From NCBI GenBank assembly GCA_000002435.2, contig CM018792.1: a stretch of DNA of 64,000 nucleotides. One strand, 5' to 3'. Position 1 is the stretch's first letter; every line of letters begins with the position of its first letter. The stretch comes from Giardia intestinalis (lineage: Eukaryota). The position numbers were made by a program, and so were the translations under genes. The notes below the pieces were generated by a model. It saw only the letters and a program-made list of their open reading frames with translations. It did no database searches and was not told the DNA's origin. This document shows positions 28,978-37,926 of this stretch, one piece after another.

Positions 28978-30831
28978 ATGAAAAAGGCCAATCCGATCGC
29001 TAATCGTCCATCGTTTGCCGGCATTTTGGAAGCCATCCGGCACAACGACCTGGTCACTTTAAAAACGCTGATTAACAAAAGCGGAGTACAGCGAGATGCA
29101 GAAGGCCAAACAGCTTTAATGCACGCAGCCTTTCTCGGTAATGATGCAGCCTGTAAGCTCCTGCTTCCCCTGCAAGCGGGGTGCACAGACAATATGGGCT
29201 GCACAGCCCTAATGTTCGCCGCCGAAAGAGGGCATTTACAAATAGTTAAGGGCTTGCTCGGCCACGAAGCCCGGATGCAAGATGGTAACGGTGTCACAGC
29301 ACTGATGCTAGCAGCACGAGGAGGTCATCTAGCATGTGTGCAAGAGCTAATTCCCCACGAGTCCACATTGACAGACCGATCCCATGGCACAGCACTCATG
29401 TCAGCCGCGTTGTGCGGGCATTCTGACATTGTGCGGCTTCTCCTCCAGAAGGAGGCACGCGTTCAGACCGTGGAAGGGGTCTCTGCTCTCATGGTTGCTG
29501 CACAAGGCGGTGACTTGGCGACATGCAGACTACTTCTGGAGAAAGAGGCGGGGCTGCAAACACGAAATGGGTGGACAGCCTTAGCGTTTGCTTGTAGAGA
29601 GAAGAACTATTTAGTTGTTCAGCTTTTGAAGAGCAAGGAGGCAGGGCTCTGCGACAAAAATGGCACGACATCCCTGATGCGTGCGGCTCGTGCAGGGTGT
29701 ACACAATCAGTCGAGTGCCTCCTCAAAGCAGAGACAAACCGTCAAGATAAACGCGGGCGCACGGCTCTTATGTATGCTGCGAATGCGGGGAACATGGAGT
29801 GTGCCAAGCTGCTTGCAACCTATGAAGCTGGCCAACAAGATAAGCAAGGAGTCACTGCTCTCATGATAGCAGGTGATAAGAACAATGTGGAAATAGTTAC
29901 ATTACTGTTGGCTAGCGAGAGCTCTCTTACAACCAAGCAGGGTGCAACAGCATTGACTTACGGAAACATACCACATTACACTCCCATACTCAATACATTG
30001 AAGCACTACTTTATTATCACGGGAGGTGCTATTGATGTCAAGAAGATAAAGCGGCGAACTGTAATTGCATATCGGAAAATACATGCAGAGATGCCTGCGC
30101 TTCTCTCGTTCTTTGATAGGTTTTGCGCCTTGATTATGGAGAATCTCACTGGCTCGTCGGCGTATGTTGACACTGTGTTATCTGACTGTCTTCTTGAACT
30201 TGACGACCTTCTGGCAATCGATCTCGATGAAGGCAGCTGTGCCATCTGTCTAGACTCTCTGCCATCGATTGTGTATCTTCCGTGCAGACATCTCTCCATC
30301 TGTGAGCTTTGCAACAATCTATTACATGACCGGAAATGTCCGTTATGCACGACACCCATAACATCCTTCTTTTCGCTAAACTATGACCTCCCATCTAACA
30401 AGCCCCAGCAGCCAGCTTCTCCTGTGGCACCGCCACCAAAATCTAAGCAGGTGTCCAACACCCGTTCCTCCGTGACTTCTTCTTCTCATGCTTATACAGG
30501 TCCAGCCAAGCGTTCTGGAAGAGACCACAGGATACGTGCACGAACATTCCAAGAACTGGATGCGGAAACAGTTCCTGGTGGGCATTTCCTCCAGAGGGGC
30601 CTTATTCGTGCAATAATAGATGATTGTGAAGAGCAGCAGCAGCAGTTGCTACGTAACCGTCGGCCTTCCGCCATGCCTACTACGCCACAGACCAATGACT
30701 CCCCAGTTATTATCAGAAGAGGGAAGACAGCGTTTGAGCAGTTGATGGACGGCGAGATGGACCTAAATATGTGGCCGGGGTCTAGCGTTCAAGAAGGCTC
30801 CTCTAAGATGGGACCGCTGAAAGGGCATTGA
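28978..30831 (+). CDS. Ankyrin-repeat protein with C-terminal C3HC4 RING finger (putative E3 ligase; Giardia 'protein 21.1'-like)
   Basis: At least 10 ankyrin repeats (TALMxAAxxGHxxxVxxLL pattern). C-terminal RING (CAICLDSLPSIVYLPCRHLSICELCNNLLHDRKCPLCTTPI). The ORF 5' end overlaps the longest version of the divergent SMC ORF. Confidence 0.75.
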   Translation: MKKANPIANRPSFAGILEAIRHNDLVTLKTLINKSGVQRDAEGQTALMHAAFLGNDAACKLLLPLQAGCTDNMGCTALMFAAERGHLQIVKGLLGHEARMQDGNGVTALMLAARGGHLACVQELIPHESTLTDRSHGTALMSAALCGHSDIVRLLLQKEARVQTVEGVSALMVAAQGGDLATCRLLLEKEAGLQTRNGWTALAFACREKNYLVVQLLKSKEAGLCDKNGTTSLMRAARAGCTQSVECLLKAETNRQDKRGRTALMYAANAGNMECAKLLATYEAGQQDKQGVTALMIAGDKNNVEIVTLLLASESSLTTKQGATALTYGNIPHYTPILNTLKHYFIITGGAIDVKKIKRRTVIAYRKIHAEMPALLSFFDRFCALIMENLTGSSAYVDTVLSDCLLELDDLLAIDLDEGSCAICLDSLPSIVYLPCRHLSICELCNNLLHDRKCPLCTTPITSFFSLNYDLPSNKPQQPASPVAPPPKSKQVSNTRSSVTSSSHAYTGPAKRSGRDHRIRARTFQELDAETVPGGHFLQRGLIRAIIDDCEEQQQQLLRNRRPSAMPTTPQTNDSPVIIRRGKTAFEQLMDGEMDLNMWPGSSVQEGSSKMGPLKGH

Positions 30832-30882
30832 GCTGATAGTTATAGACTGCATCATCGTTACAGGCCTCACTGAACGGACTAT

Positions 30883-33045
30883 TTACATATTATCTTCTGC
30901 TAAAACGTTGAAGCTCCTCTTTACCAACGTACTCTCATTAGAATAATACCCTGGCCCGGGTGCAGTCCACATCCGATCTTCGAGCAGCACCCGCGCCGCT
31001 TTCGTTGCCGATGGGCCTGCTATCTCAGGACGCAAGGACTCGGGGAGAGTTGTGCTACTCTTAATTCTGTCGTGCGTATACAGCTTAGCAGCATTCTGTC
31101 GTCTTTCAGTTGCTGTATTGTATACAGCAACCCCTGGAATCGACATGTCGTACTGAGCCATAATGATTTCCGAAGTATTCCTGTCTGTACCGCTATTGTT
31201 GTACATCTTTTTGGGCCGACCCTCCATGTCGGTTGCACCATCATAACGAGCCTTTGCAAAGCTGACTGCGGTCTCGGCACCACCCATTGACCTCTTCTCA
31301 GTGTTGATTTCAGCAAACCGTTGTTGGTTTTCAGCTGCCAGTGTCTCCTCACGCTGCCTCTGCTCTGCGTCCTTGTGGATGGTATTCCGGGGAACAGTCG
31401 ATGCAAACGGACCAGATAGCGTCGTTGAGAAATCATGCTTCTTTGATATCGCCGAGAAGCTCTGGGTATCATTATAGGACCCCGGACCAAGGTGCTCTCT
31501 GTCCCGACCCAGCTTACACACTTCACTCACCTTATCTCTGTCAACTGCCTTCGAAAAGCTAGCCACATTGGCCGCGTTAGACACACCAGCCCTTATTGCG
31601 CTGAGATTATCCACATTACCAATTCTGTATGGTGGCGGTCTCTCCTCGATCTCCTCTGCTTCGCCGTCCACTATCACCTTCTCTGGAATGCTACTCGCTG
31701 TTTCTGGCCACTTCTGCACCCCAAATGTCTGTCTGAGCGCAAGCCGGTTAACTGCAAGCATAGATATATCGTTGTCAGCAAATGCCGTGACGTTGTTCTG
31801 GGACGCTATTTTGTCGAACTTGGAAGGTGGTACACTATACTGTCCGACAGGGGGGTTTGCTACTCTAGTCTTCTCCTCCATGGATAGAAAAGGTGGCAAC
31901 TTCTCTGCATTCTTCACACCCCTCAGGAACTCTGCCATCGCTTTGTTGCCCCCAGCACCATCCCCTACCGCAGACACAGACGGATGCAGCTTCTCAGAGA
32001 GCTTTATAGCCTTTTGTAGAGACTTCTTTACTTCCTGTCTTAATTCTGCCTGTTGCCGTAGTTCATTCTGCCTCTGTGAAATGGATCCAACGTCCTCCAC
32101 CTTGTATGTGTTTGGGGCTATCTCGAGCATGTCCTTGTCATACTTGATAGAAAATCTGTCTACTGCACTTGCAAATGCAGGTGACGGCTTTGTAAGATCT
32201 GCAGATTGCAATATGTTCTTGATAGATGTGTCGTAGTCTCCTGGCCCCACTTGTATGCTTGGATCTCCACCGAAAAGTGGCTCCCTTCCCTTTGCTCGCA
32301 CCCAGTTCGTTCCTGCATAAGGGAATGAACGCATCTTTTTCATTTTCGGTAGAAACCCTGGTTTAGCAATGGAGCTAGACGCACCTCCGACGGGAATAAG
32401 GGCAGTGGAGGCATTGTGTCCTTTCTTTGATACGCTCGGCGCTACAGGAACAAAGTCCTCACGCTCTATATACGCCCCTGGTCCGGGGTTTTCAACCATG
32501 CTCATAGCGGTGTCCACTATCCATGCGTCTCTCCCCGTCCTTGCTATGGGCTTTTCTGGCAGTCTTGCCTTGTAAGGAATGGATTGCACTGCTGCACTAA
32601 GATCGGCATTGTGTCGATGCTCTGCCTTGGCTTTTAGAGACTTTTGAAGCTGAATTTTCTTTCTCCTAATGTTGTCTGTGTGGCCAGCCTTTGATAGATT
32701 TGGCTGGATGTTCGTGTACTGAGAAGGACCCGGGACATCGTTCTGTACATCTTTAAATCGAGGAACTGTGCTGGCAAAGGCGCTGTGTTCCTGGATTGCG
32801 CCTCTAATGTATACTGGAGTAGTGTATGCGTCATAAGCTCCAGGCGCAGGTACAAACGCTCCTCGCTTAACTTCTTGATCAAACGTGTTGTCATTAACTG
32901 CTGTTGTCTGAAAGGGGGCTTGACCAGTATACGCAGAGCGACGGAGTGTGCTAGTGTCTGTATTATAATACCCCGGCCCGAGGTGCGGAGGGACATCCGA
33001 CTTACCTATATAGCAGGAGTCGCGCTTGCTTCTGCTAGTAAACAT
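30883..33045 (-). CDS. SHIPPO/sperm-tail PG-rich repeat (PGPGxY) protein, ODF3-like putative axonemal protein
   Basis: At least 7 dispersed copies of the PGPG-x-Y motif (GPGYYNT, PAPGAYDAY, PGPGAYIER, VGPGDYDT, GPGSYND, GPGPGYYSN, VPGPSQYT), typical of the STPGR/SHIPPO repeat family. Confidence 0.55.
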   Translation of the reverse strand: MFTSRSKRDSCYIGKSDVPPHLGPGYYNTDTSTLRRSAYTGQAPFQTTAVNDNTFDQEVKRGAFVPAPGAYDAYTTPVYIRGAIQEHSAFASTVPRFKDVQNDVPGPSQYTNIQPNLSKAGHTDNIRRKKIQLQKSLKAKAEHRHNADLSAAVQSIPYKARLPEKPIARTGRDAWIVDTAMSMVENPGPGAYIEREDFVPVAPSVSKKGHNASTALIPVGGASSSIAKPGFLPKMKKMRSFPYAGTNWVRAKGREPLFGGDPSIQVGPGDYDTSIKNILQSADLTKPSPAFASAVDRFSIKYDKDMLEIAPNTYKVEDVGSISQRQNELRQQAELRQEVKKSLQKAIKLSEKLHPSVSAVGDGAGGNKAMAEFLRGVKNAEKLPPFLSMEEKTRVANPPVGQYSVPPSKFDKIASQNNVTAFADNDISMLAVNRLALRQTFGVQKWPETASSIPEKVIVDGEAEEIEERPPPYRIGNVDNLSAIRAGVSNAANVASFSKAVDRDKVSEVCKLGRDREHLGPGSYNDTQSFSAISKKHDFSTTLSGPFASTVPRNTIHKDAEQRQREETLAAENQQRFAEINTEKRSMGGAETAVSFAKARYDGATDMEGRPKKMYNNSGTDRNTSEIIMAQYDMSIPGVAVYNTATERRQNAAKLYTHDRIKSSTTLPESLRPEIAGPSATKAARVLLEDRMWTAPGPGYYSNESTLVKRSFNVLAEDNM

Positions 33046-33106
33046 TCAGGATTTGGCGCGGTTTTTAATTTTTCCTTTACAACTGCAGCTTGCTCCCCTG
33101 GCAGCA

Positions 33107-34069
33107 ATGCCCAAGAAACTGGACATTGAGATAGAGCTCCCCGACGGGTCGCTGGGAACTATACACATAGAAGAAGGTGACGACCCTGAAGCTTTGGCGC
33201 GGCTCTTTGTTGCGGAGCGGTGTATCAGCCAATCCTATGTGAAGCCACTGACAGCGTTCATCCAGGAGGCCTTGGAGCGGATCCCTGATCACACCGTTGA
33301 AAAGCCGAAGCGCACTGTAGAAAGCATGAATGAGGCATCTACTCGTCTTTCTCGTCCTTTCTCCCATCAACTATCCCGGATCAATGAGCATACCGATTCA
33401 CTCAGCTTTTGTACACATCTGCAGCAGCATTCCACTGGGAAGGGCCTAGCTTCTGCAGGTCATTGCAGGTCAGAGGTGTTTACCAGACTGTACAATTCTG
33501 GAGTGTCATCCATGAAGAAACGGCAGGCACTGTCAGAGCAGACCACAGAACAACAGGTTGCAAAATGTAAGGTGTCCACTCGGCCAAATTCTGCCTCAGA
33601 GCGGCTATACAGGCAGGCACTAGAACAACACGCTCGTATGGAACGGAACCAATTAGAGCAGAAGCGCCTTCAGGAAGAGCTCCCAGAGGAATGTACCTTT
33701 AAGCCTGCAATTCTTAGCTACTCAAAACAGTTAGATACCAAAGACCACGTTATCCAAAGGTTGACAGTTAATGCACCAACAGCACAGAAAACAAAACTAG
33801 ATCGCCTCCAAAGACTGGCTGAGCAAGAAACACTGAAGGAATGCACCTTTAAACCATCATTATCTACCACGCAAGAGAAGGCCATTTCCATTAAGGCCCA
33901 GTATAAGATTGACATCAAAAGAAATGGAACCAGTGTACTAGACAGACTGACAGAACCTCATACTAAGACGCACAGTAACAGTATTCTTTTCGTCCCAACC
34001 GCCCCACTTTCAAGGCCAGGGAAGGCCTACAAGCATATAGGCCACGATCCAAAGGAAAGGCTGCTTTAA
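33107..34069 (+). CDS. Hypothetical protein with duplicated EECTFKP motif (possible TPX2-like FKxxP repeats)
   Basis: Longest ORF starts at 33026, but the MPKKLDIEI Met at 33107 avoids overlap with the divergent SHIPPO gene. Contains LPEECTFKPAI and TLKECTFKPSL about 50 aa apart within a charged/helical region. Confidence 0.5.
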   Translation: MPKKLDIEIELPDGSLGTIHIEEGDDPEALARLFVAERCISQSYVKPLTAFIQEALERIPDHTVEKPKRTVESMNEASTRLSRPFSHQLSRINEHTDSLSFCTHLQQHSTGKGLASAGHCRSEVFTRLYNSGVSSMKKRQALSEQTTEQQVAKCKVSTRPNSASERLYRQALEQHARMERNQLEQKRLQEELPEECTFKPAILSYSKQLDTKDHVIQRLTVNAPTAQKTKLDRLQRLAEQETLKECTFKPSLSTTQEKAISIKAQYKIDIKRNGTSVLDRLTEPHTKTHSNSILFVPTAPLSRPGKAYKHIGHDPKERLL

Positions 34070-34408
34070 TGTGTTGCAGTGTATAGCAGATATCCACTGT
34101 GCCATTTGACAAAGTACTATCTGGCAAAGTACTCATTCCTTTATCCCAGTGCCTTCTCCCCCACAGATGAAGCCGGAGGTGGTGAGTCTGGCTGCACTTT
34201 GCTAGATGCAGTGACTCCAGGTCTAGTGACCTTGTGATCAATTAATAAAAACTCGTTTGGTAGCAGTGGCTTGGTACTGAACCCGTGGAGCGCTGGCTGC
34301 AAACAGTCCACTATCCGACCTTTCGCAGGGTGTACTAACCTTTTGCAATCTCTTCTGTAGAAAGATTTACTAACATTTATTTTTAAAAAATGTTAAACCG
34401 TTAATCCA

Positions 34409-35962
34409 ATGAGCGACATAGAACACGAGGACTCGGAGATGCGCTCATTGGATGGCTTATTGAGAGACATAGGGCGGCCTGTTGGAGAAGGAAGCTACGG
34501 GACAGTATATTCTTTGAAAAGTTCGCCACACAAGGTGGTAAAGGAGACGCCCATCAGGGGCCTCCGGCCTAGTGCTCTTACCGCGCTGGAGATAGAAGCA
34601 CGGGTTCTTCCACGCATGGAGCACCCCAACATTGTCAAATATGAGGCTATTGAGAAGACAGATCAGTTTTTCTTTGTGGTGATGAAATACTATCCAAAGT
34701 CGCTCGATCAACTCATAAAAACCGCTATTCGCTCTGATAAGTCTTTGTCCCCTGAGAAAATCTTTATCATTGTCAACCAGCTAGCATCGGGTCTCGCCTA
34801 CCTCCATAGCCCAGACAAGACAGACAGCACGGGTAAGCCACTCCCCGCAATCATCCACAGAGATCTGAAGCCAACAAATATCCTCGTCAATAGTACTGAG
34901 ACAGAGGTTGCTATTGCAGACTTTGGGCTCTGTATTGAGGGCGTTGCTAACATCAGCATGTCGTCGGTTGCTACCCCATGCTACTCTTCTCCAGAAGCAC
35001 TAATAAGTAAGATGTATGCCACATCAGCTGATATGTGGAGCCTTGGGGTGATCATTTACGAATTGACCACGGGAAAAAGGCCCGACTTCCTTGCGGGGAG
35101 GAACCCAGAGGACGTCTTTACCAAGGACTGGAAAGCCCCCCTTGGCGATATCTATGATCCTGATCTTCGCCTTATAATAGGGCATCTTCTTGTGCTCGAT
35201 CCTTTGGAGCGACTTACGGCTGAGGAGCTGTTCCAGATGACATGTTTTGACAGGCAGACTCACATTTTGTCTATTCTCAAGATAAGAGAACTTCAGAAGT
35301 CCTCGTCTCATGAGCTGACAGATATCAGACCCCTTGCCAGCTCGAGTGTACTCACTAAGAGCGGACCTACTCACTTCACTGGGGAAACGCAGCTAATGCA
35401 GTCTGTTCGTAGAGGCAATAAGGAGGGTCTCAGGGAACTTATAGAAAATAGCCAAGGCTTTGGAGCCAAGAACGCTTCTGGGATGACGGCATTGATGATT
35501 GCTGCAGAGTGTGGGAATTTGGACGCAGTGAGGCTACTTTTGCCGTTAGAAGCAAACAAGAGATGCAACTGTGGGCGAACAGCCCTAATGTATGCGACCA
35601 AGAACGCCCAACTGGCAGCCGCTAAGGAATTACTGGCTGTTGAAGCCGGGAAGCGCGATAAGAGCGGAAAGTCAGCACTTATGCTAGCTGCTGAAGGAGG
35701 CTCAGCAGAGCTGGTAGCCCTTCTGGCCGGGTACGAGTGCAAGCTGAAAAACCAGTCCGGGATGACGGCCTTAATGATCGCTGTGAAGAAGGGGTTTATA
35801 TCGGCAGTAGAGATCTTAGCTGAACACGAAAAGGGAATCGTTGATAATGCTGGAAGAACCGCCCTGTCTCATGCTATCAGATTCAAGCAAAGGCCTGTGA
35901 TTGACCTCCTAACTCGGTATCCAGAAGAGCATGTTAGCACTTCTTTCAAAGAGAACCCGTAG
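34409..35962 (+). CDS. NEK-family Ser/Thr protein kinase with C-terminal ankyrin repeats (predicted active)
   Basis: Gly-loop GEGSYGTVY, beta3 Lys (VVKE), catalytic loop [14 protein letters not shown] (IADFGLC), SSPE. C-terminal ankyrin repeats ([19 protein letters not shown] etc.). AT-rich tttatttttaaaaaatg promoter-like stretch upstream. Confidence 0.8.
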   Translation: MSDIEHEDSEMRSLDGLLRDIGRPVGEGSYGTVYSLKSSPHKVVKETPIRGLRPSALTALEIEARVLPRMEHPNIVKYEAIEKTDQFFFVVMKYYPKSLDQLIKTAIRSDKSLSPEKIFIIVNQLASGLAYLHSPDKTDSTGKPLPAIIHRDLKPTNILVNSTETEVAIADFGLCIEGVANISMSSVATPCYSSPEALISKMYATSADMWSLGVIIYELTTGKRPDFLAGRNPEDVFTKDWKAPLGDIYDPDLRLIIGHLLVLDPLERLTAEELFQMTCFDRQTHILSILKIRELQKSSSHELTDIRPLASSSVLTKSGPTHFTGETQLMQSVRRGNKEGLRELIENSQGFGAKNASGMTALMIAAECGNLDAVRLLLPLEANKRCNCGRTALMYATKNAQLAAAKELLAVEAGKRDKSGKSALMLAAEGGSAELVALLAGYECKLKNQSGMTALMIAVKKGFISAVEILAEHEKGIVDNAGRTALSHAIRFKQRPVIDLLTRYPEEHVSTSFKENP

Positions 35963-36045
35963 CCGTTGTAAACTCGCAAAGTGTTGATTCCTATCTTTTG
36001 GGATTAGAGCACGCCTCCATAATTTCAAAAAAATTTCAAAAAAGT

Positions 36046-37035
36046 ATGGGTAGGAGTTTCTATGAGGTGCTAGGAGTCCCTCATACGGCAGCCCCGGACG
36101 CCATCAAGCGGGCATACCGTAAGCAAGCCCTGCGCTGGCACCCCGACAAAAACCGTGACAATCGCCAGGAGGCAGAGGCTCGGTTCAAAGAGATTTCAGA
36201 GGCATATCGTATACTATCGGATCCAGAGAAACGCGCCGTGTACGACCGCTTTGGAGAAGAGGGTATCAGGATGGTCGGGCCAGATGGAAGCGTGGCAGCG
36301 TCAGGGCAGCCGCGGGTTGTCTTTTCTGGCATGCCGTTTGCCAATCTAGATGAAGCCTTCAAGCTGTTTGAGCAAGTCTTTGGAAGCATGGATCCGTTTG
36401 CCTCTGAATTTGATATGGGGATGACTGACTTTGGCACGTTTCCGTCCATGAACGAGACCAAGTGGCGGCCAAGGCCTCAGAAAAAGCGTAAGGATCCGGA
36501 TGTTTTCGTTGATCTGGAACTAACCCTTGAAGAACTATACTTCGGGGCCACGAAGCTTCGCAAAGTTACTAGGCGCGTAATGATGGCAGATGGGTCGTCA
36601 GAGTCCAAGGTGGAGATGCTTGAGATAATCGTCAAACAGGGCTGGTCGGAGGGCACACAAATCCGGTTTAAGGAGCTAGGAGATGAAGCACCAAACATCA
36701 CACCTTCGGATCTCGTTTTTGTTGTCAAGGAGCTCCCCCATCCTAACTTCCTAAGAGAAGGAGACAATCTTGTTGTGACGTGTAACGTTCCCCTCAGAAA
36801 CGCCCTCTGTGGCTATCAAACAGAGCTCAAAACCCTTGACAATCGTACGCTGCACATAGTTGTATCAGAGGTCATCATCCCCGGCAACGTGAAGACAATC
36901 CACGGCGAGGGAATGCCTCTGAGTGCAGACCCGCGACAACGTGGTCTTCTCCTCATCAAGTTCAATGTGCAATTCCCATCACACATCCCGGAGGTCAACA
37001 AGGCCGCTCTCATGGAGCTGCTGCCGCCAAATTAA
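36046..37035 (+). CDS. DnaJ/Hsp40, type II (subfamily B-like; J-domain + C-terminal substrate-binding domains, no Zn finger)
   Basis: J-domain [32 protein letters not shown] with HPD. G/F-poor linker, then DnaJ_C-like beta domains. Start placed at MGRSFYE; the longest ORF starts at 35998. Confidence 0.85.
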   Translation: MGRSFYEVLGVPHTAAPDAIKRAYRKQALRWHPDKNRDNRQEAEARFKEISEAYRILSDPEKRAVYDRFGEEGIRMVGPDGSVAASGQPRVVFSGMPFANLDEAFKLFEQVFGSMDPFASEFDMGMTDFGTFPSMNETKWRPRPQKKRKDPDVFVDLELTLEELYFGATKLRKVTRRVMMADGSSESKVEMLEIIVKQGWSEGTQIRFKELGDEAPNITPSDLVFVVKELPHPNFLREGDNLVVTCNVPLRNALCGYQTELKTLDNRTLHIVVSEVIIPGNVKTIHGEGMPLSADPRQRGLLLIKFNVQFPSHIPEVNKAALMELLPPN

Positions 37036-37041
37036 GTAAAA

Positions 37042-37926
37042 ATGCCCCTACTCCTGCTTTTCGGCCAACCTCTCACAGGAAAGTCCAGGGTCGCCGCTCA
37101 GATCCAGCAAGAGGCTGTGGCTCGCGAGCTGGATTCGGTAGTAATTGACTTGGGGCTTATGGGATGTACAAGCAAAGACTTGACAGAAAACATCGGCACT
37201 GTTCGCACGCGTCTGCGCCAGCTTGTTGCTCAGTACTTGTCTAAAGAGCGCCTAGTGATAGTAGACCACACGAATCACACGAAGAGCTTTCGCTATGAAC
37301 TATTTTGTATTGCACGTGAGAGGAAGACAACGAACTGCATCGTTTCGTGCTATACCGACCGGCCCATGGACGATGCCGAGCTTTCTATGTGCCCGGAAAA
37401 CCCTTTGGTCGGTGAGGAGCGGCTTTGGACGTACCCTCGTTATGCAGATATATGTTCCCGGTTCGAGTCCCTTCTGGTGGGAGCTAAGGCAGATCAGCCC
37501 GTATTCAGTGCTTCTGCCAGTCCCCAACTTATCCTAGACTATCTGTATAACGTAGTGAAGGCACCTGGGAAGGCTGGGCTAAAGTCTATTCTCTCTGCGG
37601 CAACAGATTCCGTTGCGCTGTCCTCTTCAGAAGCCGCTTCTCCAGAAGTAATACGTCGCATTACAAAAGATATCGTAGCTACCATCTTCAATGCCCAGGC
37701 ATCGACGGGAGCTATCAGTATGATGCTCACTGTGTACCCTCCCTCCATATCGGTTGCCCTGCCCTATGCAATCATTCCTATTGCACAGCTTCAATCTCTC
37801 AGACGATCTTTCCTACAACACCCTCCTGACTTCCCACACCCTGTCTCTGAGGGCTCCGTGGCAGGCGTGTTCGCCCAATACCTCAGCGAGAAGCTTCAGC
37901 TGGTCGAGGTTTACTCATCTGCCTAG
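37042..37926 (+). CDS. KTI12: KTI12 homolog (P-loop protein associated with Elongator/tRNA modification)
   Basis: MPLLLLFGQPLTGKS P-loop at the extreme N-terminus (yeast MPLVLFTGYPCSGKT). LVIVDHTNHTKSFRYELFCIARE..TTNCIV matches Kti12 IVIVDSLNYIKGFRYQLHC..TTFCVI. C-terminal PIAQLQSLRRSF matches TLAQLQRLKRQF. ATG only 6 bp after the DnaJ stop. Confidence 0.8.
   Translation: MPLLLLFGQPLTGKSRVAAQIQQEAVARELDSVVIDLGLMGCTSKDLTENIGTVRTRLRQLVAQYLSKERLVIVDHTNHTKSFRYELFCIARERKTTNCIVSCYTDRPMDDAELSMCPENPLVGEERLWTYPRYADICSRFESLLVGAKADQPVFSASASPQLILDYLYNVVKAPGKAGLKSILSAATDSVALSSSEAASPEVIRRITKDIVATIFNAQASTGAISMMLTVYPPSISVALPYAIIPIAQLQSLRRSFLQHPPDFPHPVSEGSVAGVFAQYLSEKLQLVEVYSSA

Noticed and set aside
24775-29043. 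Rad50 as identity of the SMC-like ATPase
   Set aside because: The signature motif is LSGGES (SMC5/6-type), not the Rad50 CSAGQK. No central CXXC zinc hook was seen.
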